In this document: positions 1 to 12,879 of the stretch, in pieces
Layout: the number at the start of each line of letters is the position of its first letter
Position numbering within the stretch: the stretch's first letter is position 1
NCBI RefSeq assembly: GCF_006345805.1
Contig: NC_042997.1
Coordinates: 98,828,001-98,892,000, forward strand
Length of the DNA: 64,000 nt
Source of the DNA: Octopus sinensis
Lineage: Eukaryota
Direction of reading: 5' to 3'
Position numbers and translations under genes: made by a program
The notes under the pieces: generated by a model
The model's input: the letters and a program-made list of their open reading frames with translations, nothing else
The model's database searches: none
Told to the model about the DNA's origin: nothing

Positions 1-370
1 AAACTTTCATTCAATCAAGATACTCTTGGCTTGACGAGTAGCCTGCAATATACACCTCGCTTGAATATTTACCACTCCCGAGGTCCCACAAGCTATGAAA
101 AATATGTACCCCGGATCTTATCTTCTATATTCCTTAACTCTTGTGTACATGAAAGAATCGATCAGAATGCCACATTCTGATCGATTCTTCCATGTGTTAT
201 CAAGTACCTCCTTGCGACGATGTAAACTTTCGTTCAGTCAAGATACTCTTGGACAGACGCGTAGTCTACGGTATATACCTCGATTGGATATATATACCAC
301 TTCCGATGTTCCGCTCGCTATGTAACGTATATATCCCGGAACTTATCTTCTCCATTCATTCCTTAAGTCT
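1..370. repeat. Diverged direct-repeat pair (about 1-140 and 224-370) separated by a 22-bp-stem hairpin
   Basis: aaactttcattcaatcaagatactcttgg at 1 recurs as aaactttcgttcagtcaagatactcttgg at 224 and similarity continues to cttatcttct..ttccttaa; inverted repeat at 148-169/173-194. Confidence 0.6.
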
Positions 371-588
371 TCTATTCTTATTTGCATACCCGACAACCCT
401 GGTCGCATACCGTGAAATATAAAAAGAACTTTTTCAGTTTATCATACTTCGATATGAAAATAGTCCACAGACATCCGTCTCACTAAACCAATATTGTCCC
501 TAAATGTTGTTTTTAATATTTACTACGGATTGATTCAAGCTAACTTTCTTCTTACACCTCGATCCTTCGATTTTATATTTATAAATAT

Positions 589-662
589 GTGTGTGTGTGT
601 GTGTGTGAGTGTGTGTGTGGTGTATATGTATGTATATGTGTATATATATATTTATATATATA

Positions 663-729
<67 letters not shown>

Positions 730-927
730 TATATATATATGTATGTATATGTGTATATATATATTTATATATATATATAATATATATATATGTATGTATA
801 TATATGTATATGTACATATATATATATGTAGATGTACATATATATATATGTATGTATATATATATGTATATATATAGAGAGAGACAGACAGACAGAGTGA
901 GATAGATAGATAGATAGATAGATAGAT
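589..927. repeat. Compound (GT)n/(AT)n/(GATA)n microsatellite
   Basis: Directly visible. Confidence 0.95.
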
Positions 928-1526
928 ATAATATTGTAATTTAAGCCCTTGCGATTTTCATGTTCTATTTTAATTTATTTCTCCCTCAATGTATTTTATC
1001 TCGCTTAATGCCCTCTACAGTCAAATTCCTTAATTATTATTCAAACAGCTTAAACATCGCATGCTTAAAATCACAAAATTTTAGGTAAGCGATATCTGAG
1101 ATGCAACGATATCAGCATAATTACAAGTTTAAATTCTTGATCTAGCAACGGTTTCTTATTCAATCCATTAACAAAATTCATTAATAGCTCTGTCAAATAC
1201 TACATCATTTTTGTATCACATGCTGCAAATTGCAATTTGTTTTATAATCTCTTTCATTTCTGCATTTTAAGACAACCGATGCAAAATATCTCATTAAAAG
1301 ATCAAATTAATCTTTCTAGGTATCACCTTTAGGATGAACCTATTGCGCATTGCTAAACACTGAATTATAAATGCTTCATGAAACATACATTGGATTTTTA
1401 ATAAACCAAAATCTCATTTGTCTAACATACGGTCGTTATATTCGCATGGACCAATGGTTCAGATTTGAAAAATAAGAATGTATAAGCACGGAACATATAC
1501 TGGATTGCTTCGTGTATATATATATA

Positions 1527-1567
<41 letters not shown>

Positions 1568-1885
1568 TTCATCTAAAGTCTACCTCCTGAAAAAGACTTC
1601 GCCTAGCAAATTATTTTATTTTCTAAAAAATGTCAGAAACCATTGGTCCAGGAATTAAATGGTAAATGTTTTATTTTTCATTCCTTCGAAATTTTATCCC
1701 TAATAGTGCTTGGAATTCAAGTGTTCTCTCTTGCGTGCAGGGAGTCCTATGATGGATGCCTCTTATGTGTTTAAATGTACACTGTATTTATATGAATAAT
1801 ATATAGTCTGTTGACTAAATTTTTACACGCTTGGCCACTAGTAATGGAAATTTCTAATATTTCTGATTACCCTTTGATATTTTCA

Positions 1886-1923
<38 letters not shown>

Positions 1924-1959
1924 TATATATATATATATATTATATATATATATATATAA

Positions 1960-2330
1960 TGAAGAAATAAGTGATATAGATATCCACTTTATACAGCTCA
2001 ACCGAATATCACATAGGCAGTACTATTGACTTTAAAAGTAGAAACAGAGCGCATAATAAATTCGTTCATTAACCACGAAATAAAAAAACTCAACTACACT
2101 AGCAGCCTACATCAATAGATAAAATGAACAACAAAGAATTCAATATGAATTGGTCTATAATAAGGGAAGCCACACCATATAAAACACACACGAAGAATTG
2201 TGATTTATGCACGAAGGAGGCGATCCACATAATCCGAGCCAACAAAAATTGTTTACTCAATAAAATATCTGACGTTATAATTACCTGTAGACACAAATAT
2301 CTTTCAACGTTTAAAGCTTTCAAAAAATAA
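1960..2330 (+). mobile_element. Penelope-like retroelement remnant, GIY-YIG endonuclease C-terminus
   Basis: Translation gives HIGSTIDFKSR..H then WSIIREATPY...CDLC.KE..HI...LLN...TCRH, the typical end of a Penelope GIY-YIG domain; frameshifted. Confidence 0.75.
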
Positions 2331-2339
2331 TTAAACTAC

Positions 2340-3070
2340 AGGCGCAGGAGTGGCTGTGTGATACGTAGCATGCTTACCAACTACATGGTTCCGGTTTCAG
2401 TTCCACTGTGTGGCACCTTGGGCAAGAGTCTTCTACTATAGCCTCGGGCCGATCAAAGATTTGTGAGTGGATTTGGTAGACGGAAACTGAAAGAAGCCCG
2501 TCGCATATATGTATGTATATATATATATATGGTGAGGGCGCGTGGCTTAGTGGTTAGGGCATTCGGCTCATGATCGTAAGGTTGTGAGTTCGATTCCCGG
2601 CGACGCGTTGTGTCCTTGAGCAAGACACTTTATTTCACGTTGCTCCAGTCCACTCAGCTGGCAAAAATGAGTTGTACTTGTATTTCAAAGGGTCAGCCTT
2701 GTCACTCTCTGTGTCACGCTGATTATCCCCGAGAACTACGTTAAGGGTACACGTGTCTGTGGAATGCTCAGCCATTTGCACGTTAATTTCACGAGCAAGC
2801 TGTTCCGTTGATCGTATCAGCTGGGACCCTCGTCGTCGTAACCGGCGGAGTCTTATTTATATATATGTATGTGTGTGTCAGTTTGTGTGTCTGTGTTTGT
2901 CACCCGTCAACATCGCTTGACAACGGATGGTGGTGTCTTTACGTCCCCGTAAACTAGCGGTTCGGCAAAAAGAGACCGATAGAATAAGTCCTGGGGTCGA
3001 TTTGCTCGACTAAAGGCGGTGCTCCAGCATGGCCACAGTCAAATGACTGAAATAAGTAAAAGAGTAAAAG
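2340..3070 (+). mobile_element. tRNA-derived bipartite SINE (SINE-A) with internal TA/TG microsatellite
   Basis: Head ggcgcaggagtggctgtgtg..ggttccggtttcagttccactg, 3' tail ..ccagcatggccacagtcaaatgactgaaataagtaaaagag; many copies in the window. Confidence 0.85.
2531..2852 (+). mobile_element. tRNA-derived SINE (SINE-B) nested in the microsatellite of SINE-A
   Basis: Box A tggcttagtgg, box B gttcgattcc, core gtgtccttgagcaagacact; related copies at 60552-60826 (+) and 45362-45540 (-). Confidence 0.85.
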
Positions 3071-3333
3071 CGTATAGGATTCTAATTTAGCCATATTTCA
3101 TATGGATTCTTCTAAAACTTTATGCTTTGTATATAGCACAATTATATATTGTGTCCTAATACATTTTAACTGCATATGCCCGAAGAGAATAGTCCAATCA
3201 AACATTCGATTTTTATTATATTATTTAACCCACCATTTCTTTTAAAATTTTGCCTTGTGATTCTATTAATATAGAACAATGCTATAGTTGGATTTAGCTC
3301 ACAAACATACACAAACATATATATATATATATA

Positions 3334-3497
3334 CGACGGACTTCTTTCAGTTTCTGTTTACCAAATTCACTCTCAAGGCTTTGGTCGGCCCGAGGTTATA
3401 GTACATGACATTTGCCCAATGTGCCACGCAGTGGGATTGAAACCGGAACTATGTGTTTGAGAAGCAAGCTTCTTACAACACAGACACGCCTGCGCCT
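3334..3497 (-). mobile_element. SINE-A 5' half
   Basis: Reverse complement of 2341-2505. Confidence 0.8.
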
Positions 3498-3567
3498 ATA
3501 TATAAAATTTTAAATAACGATTTGCTGATATTTCCCCGATGATGCTTACGTAACACTGAATTCAAAA

Positions 3568-3608
<41 letters not shown>

Positions 3609-3614
3609 GAGAAT

Positions 3615-4150
3615 TATTGGTACCCGAAGACCCAAATTGGCAGGTAACGCTAGGTAAGTGCTACGGGAGGACCGTATTTAGACTCTCGGATCGATAATAA
3701 TACGAGTGAGTATGTATATGTTAAATAAAATGAGACAACAAAGCCAGAACTGTGTGGAATTTATAGGACAGTCGTACAGCTGTTTCTGAGATAGTAGGAA
3801 TATCCCTTCATCAGAGACAATATGAGAGAGTTAGCAAGAGGGAAATTGTAGAGTTCAACATAAGGAGTTATTTTGGAAAAGGACGGATATAGGAAGTATA
3901 AAGGGAAATAAGAGAATAAAAATAAAATTAAAATATATTTCGCATGTTATAGTTGCAATTCCATTATCTAAAGAAGGTGCTGTGTAGAATGGATAGACAT
4001 ATTTCTTGTCAATGTTATGTAGATTCCAATAGGAGTTCAGATTTTGTTGTTACAAATGGATAGTGTGGAGACATAAATTCCATGCGCTGTTCCTTCAAAG
4101 GAGTCTTGTGGTGTAAATGAAATTTTGAGAACGTACTAGTAGCGGTAAGT
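3615..4150 (-). mobile_element. Probable Penelope-like 3' end and terminal repeat
   Basis: Minus strand has an ELLLES-like end-of-endonuclease remnant followed by a hammerhead-like motif. Confidence 0.5.
3771..3818 (-). ncRNA. Minimal type I hammerhead ribozyme-like motif (one stem I mismatch)
   Basis: Minus strand: gtct CTGATGA a gggata ttcctac tatctc a GAAAC agct GTA cgac, with a palindromic stem III (acagctgt). Confidence 0.55.
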
Positions 4151-4579
4151 AGAGGTTTGTTTAATCATATTTGTTCAATCATAATTGGGGAAAATCTTTA
4201 GTCGGCACAATCGACTCTTCATTATTTGATTGATACTTTGTGAACAGGCGAAAGTAAAGTTTACTTTTGTGCTATTTCAACCCCGAGCGCTAAGAACCGG
4301 GTTAAGGTGAGATACTGCAGGGCGTTTTCAAATGTTTATTATACCAATCGAATATCCTAACGAATGAAATATTAACCTAAAAGTGTATATCAGATGAGTT
4401 GCTGAAATAATCATTCCTTTTAAATCACCCTTCATAGAAAATTGCTTCAATAAATTTAGCGATTAAGCTGTGTAACGCGACTTTTCTCCGAGGGTAGTAA
4501 CTGTAATTTCTTATTTGCTTACTCCCAGGGAGTATTAAAAAAATGGTTAATATTTCCTTCAAACTTTGGTTTTGCTACA

Positions 4580-4748
4580 TTTATTCAAACCCCAAAGTCT
4601 CCCTCTCAGCACATGGCCATGGTGCTTCCAAACCGCTCCTGCTCGTGATCAGAGATGTACATACTGTAAGCCACTAGGGGACATCCTAAAGTAATTAAGG
4701 TCAAGCAACTGACAAGCAAAGCTGTGGTAGTGAGCGAAATATTTGCTA
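4580..4748. mobile_element. Fragment of interspersed element D (fuller copy at 22784-23340)
   Basis: ttattcaaaccccaaa..gatcagagatgtacata..aactgacaagcaaa matches about 23068-23235. Confidence 0.6.
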
Positions 4749-4971
4749 TATCGATATTTCTCCTTCAGCAACTCACCTCTGAATCTATCTGAAGTGTAAT
4801 GGAAAATAAATCAGTTTAAAAACTTTGATTTCCAGGTCACAAATAATAGTAATTATTTCCCTTGATTTCTAGATAGAAACAAGAAGGAAATAATACTTGC
4901 TGACAAAGAAAAAATTAAAACTTTGCTACACAATGTAGGCCGGATCCTATTTAGTCCGTTCTTCAAACTCT

Positions 4972-5017
<46 letters not shown>

Positions 5018-5046
5018 ACGCGCACGCGCAAACACATACACACGCG

Positions 5047-5261
5047 TAAGCACATGAATGGAAAACAAGGTAGAAAAAATAGTACTCGGATACCGATGGC
5101 AGTGCTTTTTTATCAAAGCTGCAAAAGCACCACAAAATCTGTTACTCAGAGTTTCATGTTCCCGTTCAGCGGACAGATGTGATCAACACGGCCTTGATCA
5201 CAACAGTCCGACGAGTGAGAATGTGAAACTCTGAGTAACAGCTTTTTTTATGTTCTTGCAG
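5047..5261. mobile_element. Foldback element of two inverted Penelope-type termini (hairpin 5119-5261)
   Basis: ctgttactcagagtttcatgttcccg..tgtgatcaa cacggcc ttgatcaca..gaaactctgagtaacag; same family at 57939-58190. Confidence 0.65.
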
Positions 5262-6659
5262 ACACACATACATACAACAGATGACTATCCTGAAAACGTT
5301 AAACTTCCACTTGCTGTAAATCCACTTATCCACTTTTAAACATTTTGTACTCTTGTTTTTTTTTTTCTCTCAGCCGATCACAATATTCTGAAGAACGCAC
5401 TGTGCACTGTAGTCGCTTTTCTCTTTTTAAGCGGAAACGAAATCTCTGAAAGTTGAAAAATAAGATGGCTTCAGCGATTATTATGAAATAAATGAGTCAT
5501 ATTTTCGATATTTGTTGTGCTTCGGTTGTTCTTAATCTGTACGGAAGCACCACCCCTAATCTGGGAGTTGTGAGCTCACAAGAAAGAGGCAAATGTAAAG
5601 ATGAGGCTATTTTAGAGAGTTGGTGATTTTGTTTTTAATCAATATACTTTATCTAAAAAGTATGTCAAAAGTTTCTTTGTCGGAGTCCCAATATCAATTA
5701 TACAGTGTGTTATCGGTGATTAGAAACATGATTGAAGTAAAGTGAAAGACCAATATATTATCATAAAAGTATAACTGCTTATCTTTTTTTATTTTTTAGT
5801 AACTTTCATAACAGTTTAACATTGGAGTACTTAGTCTTTGCAAATATCTAAAAGATACATACTGGATGAATAGTATTAGAAAATATAGATAAATGTATCA
5901 GTACACGAAGATTAGTTTCCCTCTGATAAAAATAACCTGCGTCTTTTTTTTCCTTCTTTATTGAGTTGCATATTTTATTTATTTCATTCACTTTTGCAAA
6001 ACATGACGAAGTTGTTTGTGAATACCTATTCGGTGAAAGGGTGAGATAAAATACAAACAATTGTGAAATACTGCAATTGTGAGATTAGAATATATGTTGC
6101 ATTGATCACCAGTTCGTTGATTCCGATTAAATTAGGCTTAACGACCACCACTTCTTGGAATACGATAGATCGACAAATAGACATAGTCTGTAAAAATACT
6201 ATCAGATCCATATTCATATAGTAGTATTATTATTCGTATTTTTGCCTCATTGAAAACTGGATCATGGCGGAATTCTTGTAAATATATCAATAATTCTCTA
6301 CAGATATCCATTTAAGTATCTTTGCTTCGTGTTATGCAAGAATGCAGGAAAAAAAGTGTAAATGAGATGTCTAAGCAAACCATTAATTTCTGTTCTAAAG
6401 TAATTACTCGTTAATGCAAAGCTGTAGTGATTACATTAAAAGCAATCATAAATTTTTACGATGCTTCTTTTTGAAATGGAAATATAGCAGCCAGCAATTG
6501 CATTAAAATCTTCTATACGATAATGTATTAAGCTGCAATATAATTAATTGTTCCCCACGCTGACGTTGTTGTCAGAGTTGAAAGAACGCAAAAACAAAAG
6601 AGTAAAAAGTCAGTCAGAATATTAATTTTTCTTGTGTGTGTGTGTGCGTGTGTATGTGT

Positions 6660-6730
<71 letters not shown>

Positions 6731-7260
6731 TGTGAGTGTGCATGCGTGTTGGTTTCTGCCGAGAAGATTCAAGGATCAAAGTTTCATTTTACGTAAATAG
6801 AAAGTAAATGCTATAAATTAGCGATTTCCTTGTGTAGGGCCACTCACGTTATTTCATGCATGATTTAAGTAATTTTGTTTAGCATTCAGCCTTTTGGCAC
6901 AAACTCAATATTTAGATTACGTTATTACAAAGATTATCCCTATTTTAGTGATGTCTGATATTCTGAGTGGAACTTCAGTGAAGAATCTTGCGTTTATGAA
7001 CTTGGGTTTGTGAACAGAAAATACATTTGTTTCAAATGGCTCCAATTAATCCTTACGCAAGTCTAAAGTTGGAGCCTTCTTACACTACCGTCAAGCGGAT
7101 CAGCGATTAATCTCACACATAGGAAGACGTTAGTCTACTACAGTCACCTTTGCCACGGAAAATTTCAAGTCAACTCAGCATACCAGTAAAGTGTAGAAGT
7201 CGGTAGATTAATATGGTACTGATTTGTCTTCACATTACGTTAATGTTTGTGTGTGTGTGT

Positions 7261-7303
<43 letters not shown>

Positions 7304-9987
7304 ATCTTTGTCTGTTTGTGTTGGTGATGGATGCTATTACTTTTAAGAGAAGGTATGAAATTCTATGTGTTCCGATTATTGTCGACCATTCAGTATTATT
7401 TGCGCAGCCCATTCCATTAATCCTTCATAAATTCATATTAAACGTACATAAGATATGATTCAATATTTATATTACGTTGATAACAGCACTATACAATGTT
7501 CAGATGTCTGAATCGTTTTTCTTTTCCTTTTTTATCTTTTCTTTTGCGAAATAATTCTTCTACTCAGAAAAATAACTACAGAATAGATTTTTGCTCAAAG
7601 TTCAAGAGAATCCGGTAATTATATTACAATAATGGATTAAGCATATTTCCATAAAAGTGAATTTTTGCATTGAAGCATCCTACATAGTATGTTATTGCTG
7701 ATGCAACCACTAATCACAACCAGCGCGAGATTTCTGCTTTAGATTTACATAAGCGATGGCTTGAATGTGTTACTGAAACAATCTTTTTCACTTACAATGT
7801 CAATTCTATTTGGGAATCTCGTAAATTCAGATTTTCCTTTCCACTAACATATTGGACTTTTGCATGAGTATTTTCAAGTAGATATCATACATTATACATG
7901 TTAACCCATTACTATATTTGTTGTAGTTAACTTCAACAGAAGCTACATCGGATGATGGAATGAAAAAGACGGTAACATATTCATCAACGTTCGTTTAGAT
8001 CAAGGTCAGCTTTATTTTCCAAACTTCCAAAATTTGAAAACTAATAAGTAAAATACTAGAATTCATGAACATAATTTTATCTAGTCCTAAATATTGTCGT
8101 TACCACCACTACAGCTGCAGCAGTTCCTGTATCTCGTCTTTTTATAGATTCCAATAAATTCTGGAATTTTATTCATCCTTAGACACTGGTTTCAAATGTT
8201 GGCACAAGGCCAGCAATTGTAGGTGTAGGGGTAAGTCGATCACACCGACCCCAGTATTCAACTGGTACTTATTCTATCAACCCTGAAAGGGATGAAAGGC
8301 AAAGTCGCTCTCGGCGGAATTTTAACTCAGAATGTAAAGACGGACGAAATGTCATCTTCCTTGATGTAATCAAATGTCTATCCGCTCCAGCAAAATATTT
8401 TAGACCTTGTCTCAGATGTTGTCATCAATAATGATGAAAATGATGATGATCATGATCATGATGATGGTGATGATGATGACTGACAAATTTTCTATAGCTT
8501 CAACTCGCACCCTGAATGCGTTCGCGCATGCACATGTATGTTGCAAGCACTAACGCACTCACACACCTGCACACACATGCATACATATACGTACGCATAC
8601 CTATACAACCAATGACATATCCACACCCACTCATTTATCCATCTCGTATATACACATGTTGTATATACACAAGATAGTGATCCATCATTGTCGCAGTCTA
8701 ATGACTGAAACAAGTAAAAGTTAAAGGCATATATACGTGCATATACATATACGCATACACACACACCTCACTTCTGCCACACCCAGACACCTAGGGGCCA
8801 CTAGCTTCCTGTCCAGCCACACGGTCAAAGAACTTCCCCTTTCTAAAGGAAGTGATGTAACTGAGCAACTGATATTCTTTGATAACACCATGTTACCCTC
8901 TTTGGCCAATATTACCCTATCTTCCGGTAGCCATGTTGAACTTCCTGTACCTCTCCTTACGGAAATCCAAAGCCTGAAAGAGACGAGTTTATGTTAGGGA
9001 CCTGCGGAACTTTAAGTCACATGGAACCGTTTCAAATTCTTTTTGATAATAAATAATCTGTGTGTGTGTGTGTGTGTTGATGGATTATAGTAAACGTACA
9101 ATGCCCGAAACACTTTCGTTGTTTCCAATACTGGTGCGAAGGAGATCGAAAATATCTAAACCTGAAGCGTGATTCAAATGTTTAAAATACAGGCAGCACT
9201 TCTTAAGGGAAGGGAACACTAAGCCGGATTTTGATGCTAAACAGTGTAATAAATTGCGTCTGACACACAAGAGCAGGTGCTGTTCATTCGGTGGGCTTTC
9301 TCATATTTTCTATCAATAAACAAAATATACTTGTCCAGACTGTCACGCAGTACGATCGAAGCTGATGCCATGAAATCGCGAAGACAGTTTCTTAAGGACA
9401 CAGCTACCGTCCTTTAACATTCTGAATTTAAATTCCACCGAGGCCAACTTTCTATGATTGATCAAGTAAATCACCACTTAAGAACTAAGGTTTATTTAAC
9501 TTATTGTACTCTATCAAATAATGTTTCCAATTTAATAATTATTTGCGTTCGATACAGCCTCATACAGTGGCTTACAGTTTATTAGGATCCTTATAATTTT
9601 TTTCCTCCAGTAAATGTCTCTCCTATAAATGTGTAGCTTTTATTAATATAAGAAAGTATTAATGCGTTTGTTGTTGTTTAACCCCAAAATAGCCCAGAGC
9701 CAGCAGACATATGATAAAAATTGTTGCAGGCGTGAACATCTCGTCTGTATAACTGATACCTAGGACTACATTATCCAATTTGTCATCTGTCTTTTACTTG
9801 TTTCATTCATTGGACTGCGGCCATGTTGGGGCACCACGTTGAAGAGTTTCGTCGAACATATCGAAGTCAGCACTTAGTTATTTTAAGTTTATCAGTTTCT
9901 TTAACTGAGCTGCAAAGTTACGGAGACGTACGCAAACCACCACCGGTTTTCAAGTAGCGGCCGTGCACAAAGGAACACAGATACGTA

Positions 9988-10075
9988 GGCTCGTAGAACG
10001 AACTTAATTCATGAGACATCTGGAGACAGAGCTCTAGGTCCAGATGTCTGACTGGCTAGATTCGTTCTACGAACC
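9988..10075. mobile_element. 88-bp hairpin MITE-like element flanked by TA
   Basis: Termini ggctcgtagaacgaa / ttcgttctacgaacc, inner repeat agacatctgga / tccagatgtct, TA at 9986-9987 and 10076-10077. Confidence 0.55.
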
Positions 10076-10195
10076 TAAGAATCTTTAAGCTGCATGAAGC
10101 AGAATGAAATTGTTATTAAATGATATATGTTACTCTTCCTAAATGTGCTGAGTGCCACTTTCTTTCGTTTGCCTGCTCACTCGTGTATACACACA

Positions 10196-10247
<52 letters not shown>

Positions 10248-12879
10248 CACACACATTACGTTCTGAGTTCAAATTCCCCCCAGGTCGACTTTGCCTTTCA
10301 TCCTCTTGGGGTTGATAAATAAAGTACCAGTTTCGCACTGTCCTTGTTTGTCCCCTCTATGTTTAGCCTCTTGTGGGTAGTAAAGAAATATATATATATA
10401 TTCTACGATGGGCTTTCTTTCAGTTTCTGTCCACTCACCCAAGAGCTTCGGTTGGCCCGGGGCCATAATAGGCAGTGACTCGCAATGGGACTGAAGCCGA
10501 AACCATGTAGTTGAAAAGCAAACTTCGTACCACACAACCATGGACCATAATAATACACTCTCTTTTCCAAACGGTATGGTATAATTTCAAAATGATTCAG
10601 AAGTTAGATAAAACAAACCTATTGCTTTTATTGAAGAGTCTAAAATAAGTCCCAGTACTTTGAGCCAGACAATATATACAGTTGACGTAGCATTACCGTT
10701 GCATTATTGTATGAAGAATAAAAGCATAATTCTCAAGCAGCCCAGTTCACTTATCAATAAAAAAATATCTATCCTATATTATTGTATGACTGATAAAAAT
10801 ATAAATCTCAATAGTTTAGTTTACTTATCTTTTAATAAAAAAAATATATATTCTGTAAATACACATCACTATTGTAAATGACTGTATCTTGCATCGGTAG
10901 AGACTAAGGAAAGATTCAGTATTGCTATGAACCTAATAATACACATCATATTAAAGTGTAAATCACTGAGTATTCTCCCCAAACGTATATCCTTAACGTT
11001 GCAGCAGGCACTAGATTATATGGTGCGAGATGATGATAGATCTTTTCACAGTAGATACGGCACATATTATTTTAGATACAGCACATCTCATTAATGCAGT
11101 GCTCGACGGGGATTTTGCTAACAAGAAAAATATCAAAACAGCAAGATGGCATACTAAAACACTTGTTTGCGCGTTGAGAATAAGCTTGAGACATCCTGAC
11201 TAAGAACCGAAATTCTTAACATTGTAAATGAGAAATTAAGGCGATGAGCTGGTAGAATCATTAGCGCTCCGGACGAAGTACTTAGTAGCGTTTCCTCCGG
11301 CTCTTTCGTTGTGATTTCAAATTCCGCCGAGGTTGACTTTTCTGTTCATTCTTTCGGGTCGATAATGTAAATACCAACGTAGCACTGTTACACTTCCCTC
11401 AAAATTCCTTGTCTTGAGTCAAAATTAGAAAGACGTATATACAAAGGGAACTTATAATTAATGAATACTCTATGTACGCAGTACTAAGACAAGTTCTCTT
11501 AGAATTTTGATTTCAGAAACTAACTTCTCAACTCTCGTTCTCAAATCAAAATTTGCAATTCAGTCCTGACATAAAATTTGGAACCAGGCTCTGCGTCTAA
11601 TATATAACAATGTTTTCTATGAAACTTCTTATACATTCATTGATGTTTGCAATACACGAACCAATCATTTTTTACTAACGTCCTCTCTGTACATACAATC
11701 GAGCGAAATAGTATTGATCTGATGATTTATCTTAGTCGAATAAATCGACCACAGTACTTTTATTTTAGGTTTGGTACTTATCCTATTGTATTCTTTTTTG
11801 TCGGACCTTTAAGTTACAAAACGTAAACAAACCAATACCGGTTGCCAAGTTTTCTTCATATATATATATATATATATATATATACAGCTGGATATTTACA
11901 GTTAACATCCACAGGAATATGAAATTAAAAGAAACACTGAGTGAAATAAGAAGGAATAAATTTATTTTAATATTATGAAATTGATTTAAAAGAGGAATCC
12001 CTAATAAAATAAAATCTCAAAATATAGACCTGACTTTTTGATTTGTTTTGTTTATCTTTTTGGAAAAATTATCAAAAGCACAAGTCCTATTAATTAGTGC
12101 ATAAGTCAATCAATTAGTAGATGTCTGGCAAGTGCACATAAATACAATTAACTTTCTTTAAATTTTTTTTTTTATTTAATAACAGAGCAACAAAATCAAT
12201 CAATGAAGGAAAAAGTTAAAGAAAATTACTTATAATTATCATTCATAATGTAACCACAATGATAACGGTGCTTGAAAATTTGTGTAAAAAAATACGTACC
12301 CTCTGGGGGTTTAATGAGTGCTTCCATGCGTAAAATCTTTACATAAAATACATATAAATTACACTGGGATGATGAAAAAAGGGGATAACTTCTTGAATTG
12401 ATTTTTTTTCTTACTTTTTAGAGAACAATGTCATTATTATTATTTATTAAAATAAATTGTATTAGAAAATTCTATTTGCACAACCATTAGTTTTCTTTAT
12501 CTTACCGGTGCTATATGAATTGTCTTAGTTTAGCATTTGAGGGTCAAACCTGCGTAAATAGTTAAGCAATTCATATTCTCTAACCTATATATCAACCGAA
12601 CTGCATCTTTCACAATGATTCTTTGAGAAGAAAGTGAAATGAATTGATGAAAAATATTTTTATTTTTGTGAGTGTGTGTGTATGTGGCTGTATGTTTCTC
12701 AACAGATTTCAATAGCAGAGATTAGAAATTCTCAAAGACAAATTGACAGACGGACAGACAGAGAAGGGTAAGAGAAAATTTGTAGAGAGAAGGAAAGGAA
12801 ATGATACATTAGTACCACAAGCAAATTATGTGATGCGATAGAAGAGATGAAAAAGAGAAGAAAAACGTCTGAATGTGAT

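Noticed and set aside
2531-2605. tRNA genes at SINE heads (also near 31270-31345 and 43410-43488)
   Set aside because: Box A and box B are present but continue into SINE bodies; no complete cloverleaf was evident.
7940-8004. Possible + strand exon SYIG-TGA-WNEKDGNIFINVRLDQ read as a selenoprotein
   Set aside because: No partner exons, no recognisable family and no SECIS seen; all three frames contain stops.
7795-8045. Protein-like minus-strand fragments (DEYVTVFFIPSSDV, YLLENTHAKVQY) ending at a gtaagt
   Set aside because: Frames are broken by stops and I recognise no family.
12659-12664. AATAAA on the minus strand as the GH114 polyadenylation signal
   Set aside because: Several equivalent hexamers occur in this AT-rich region, so one cannot be chosen without 3'-end data.
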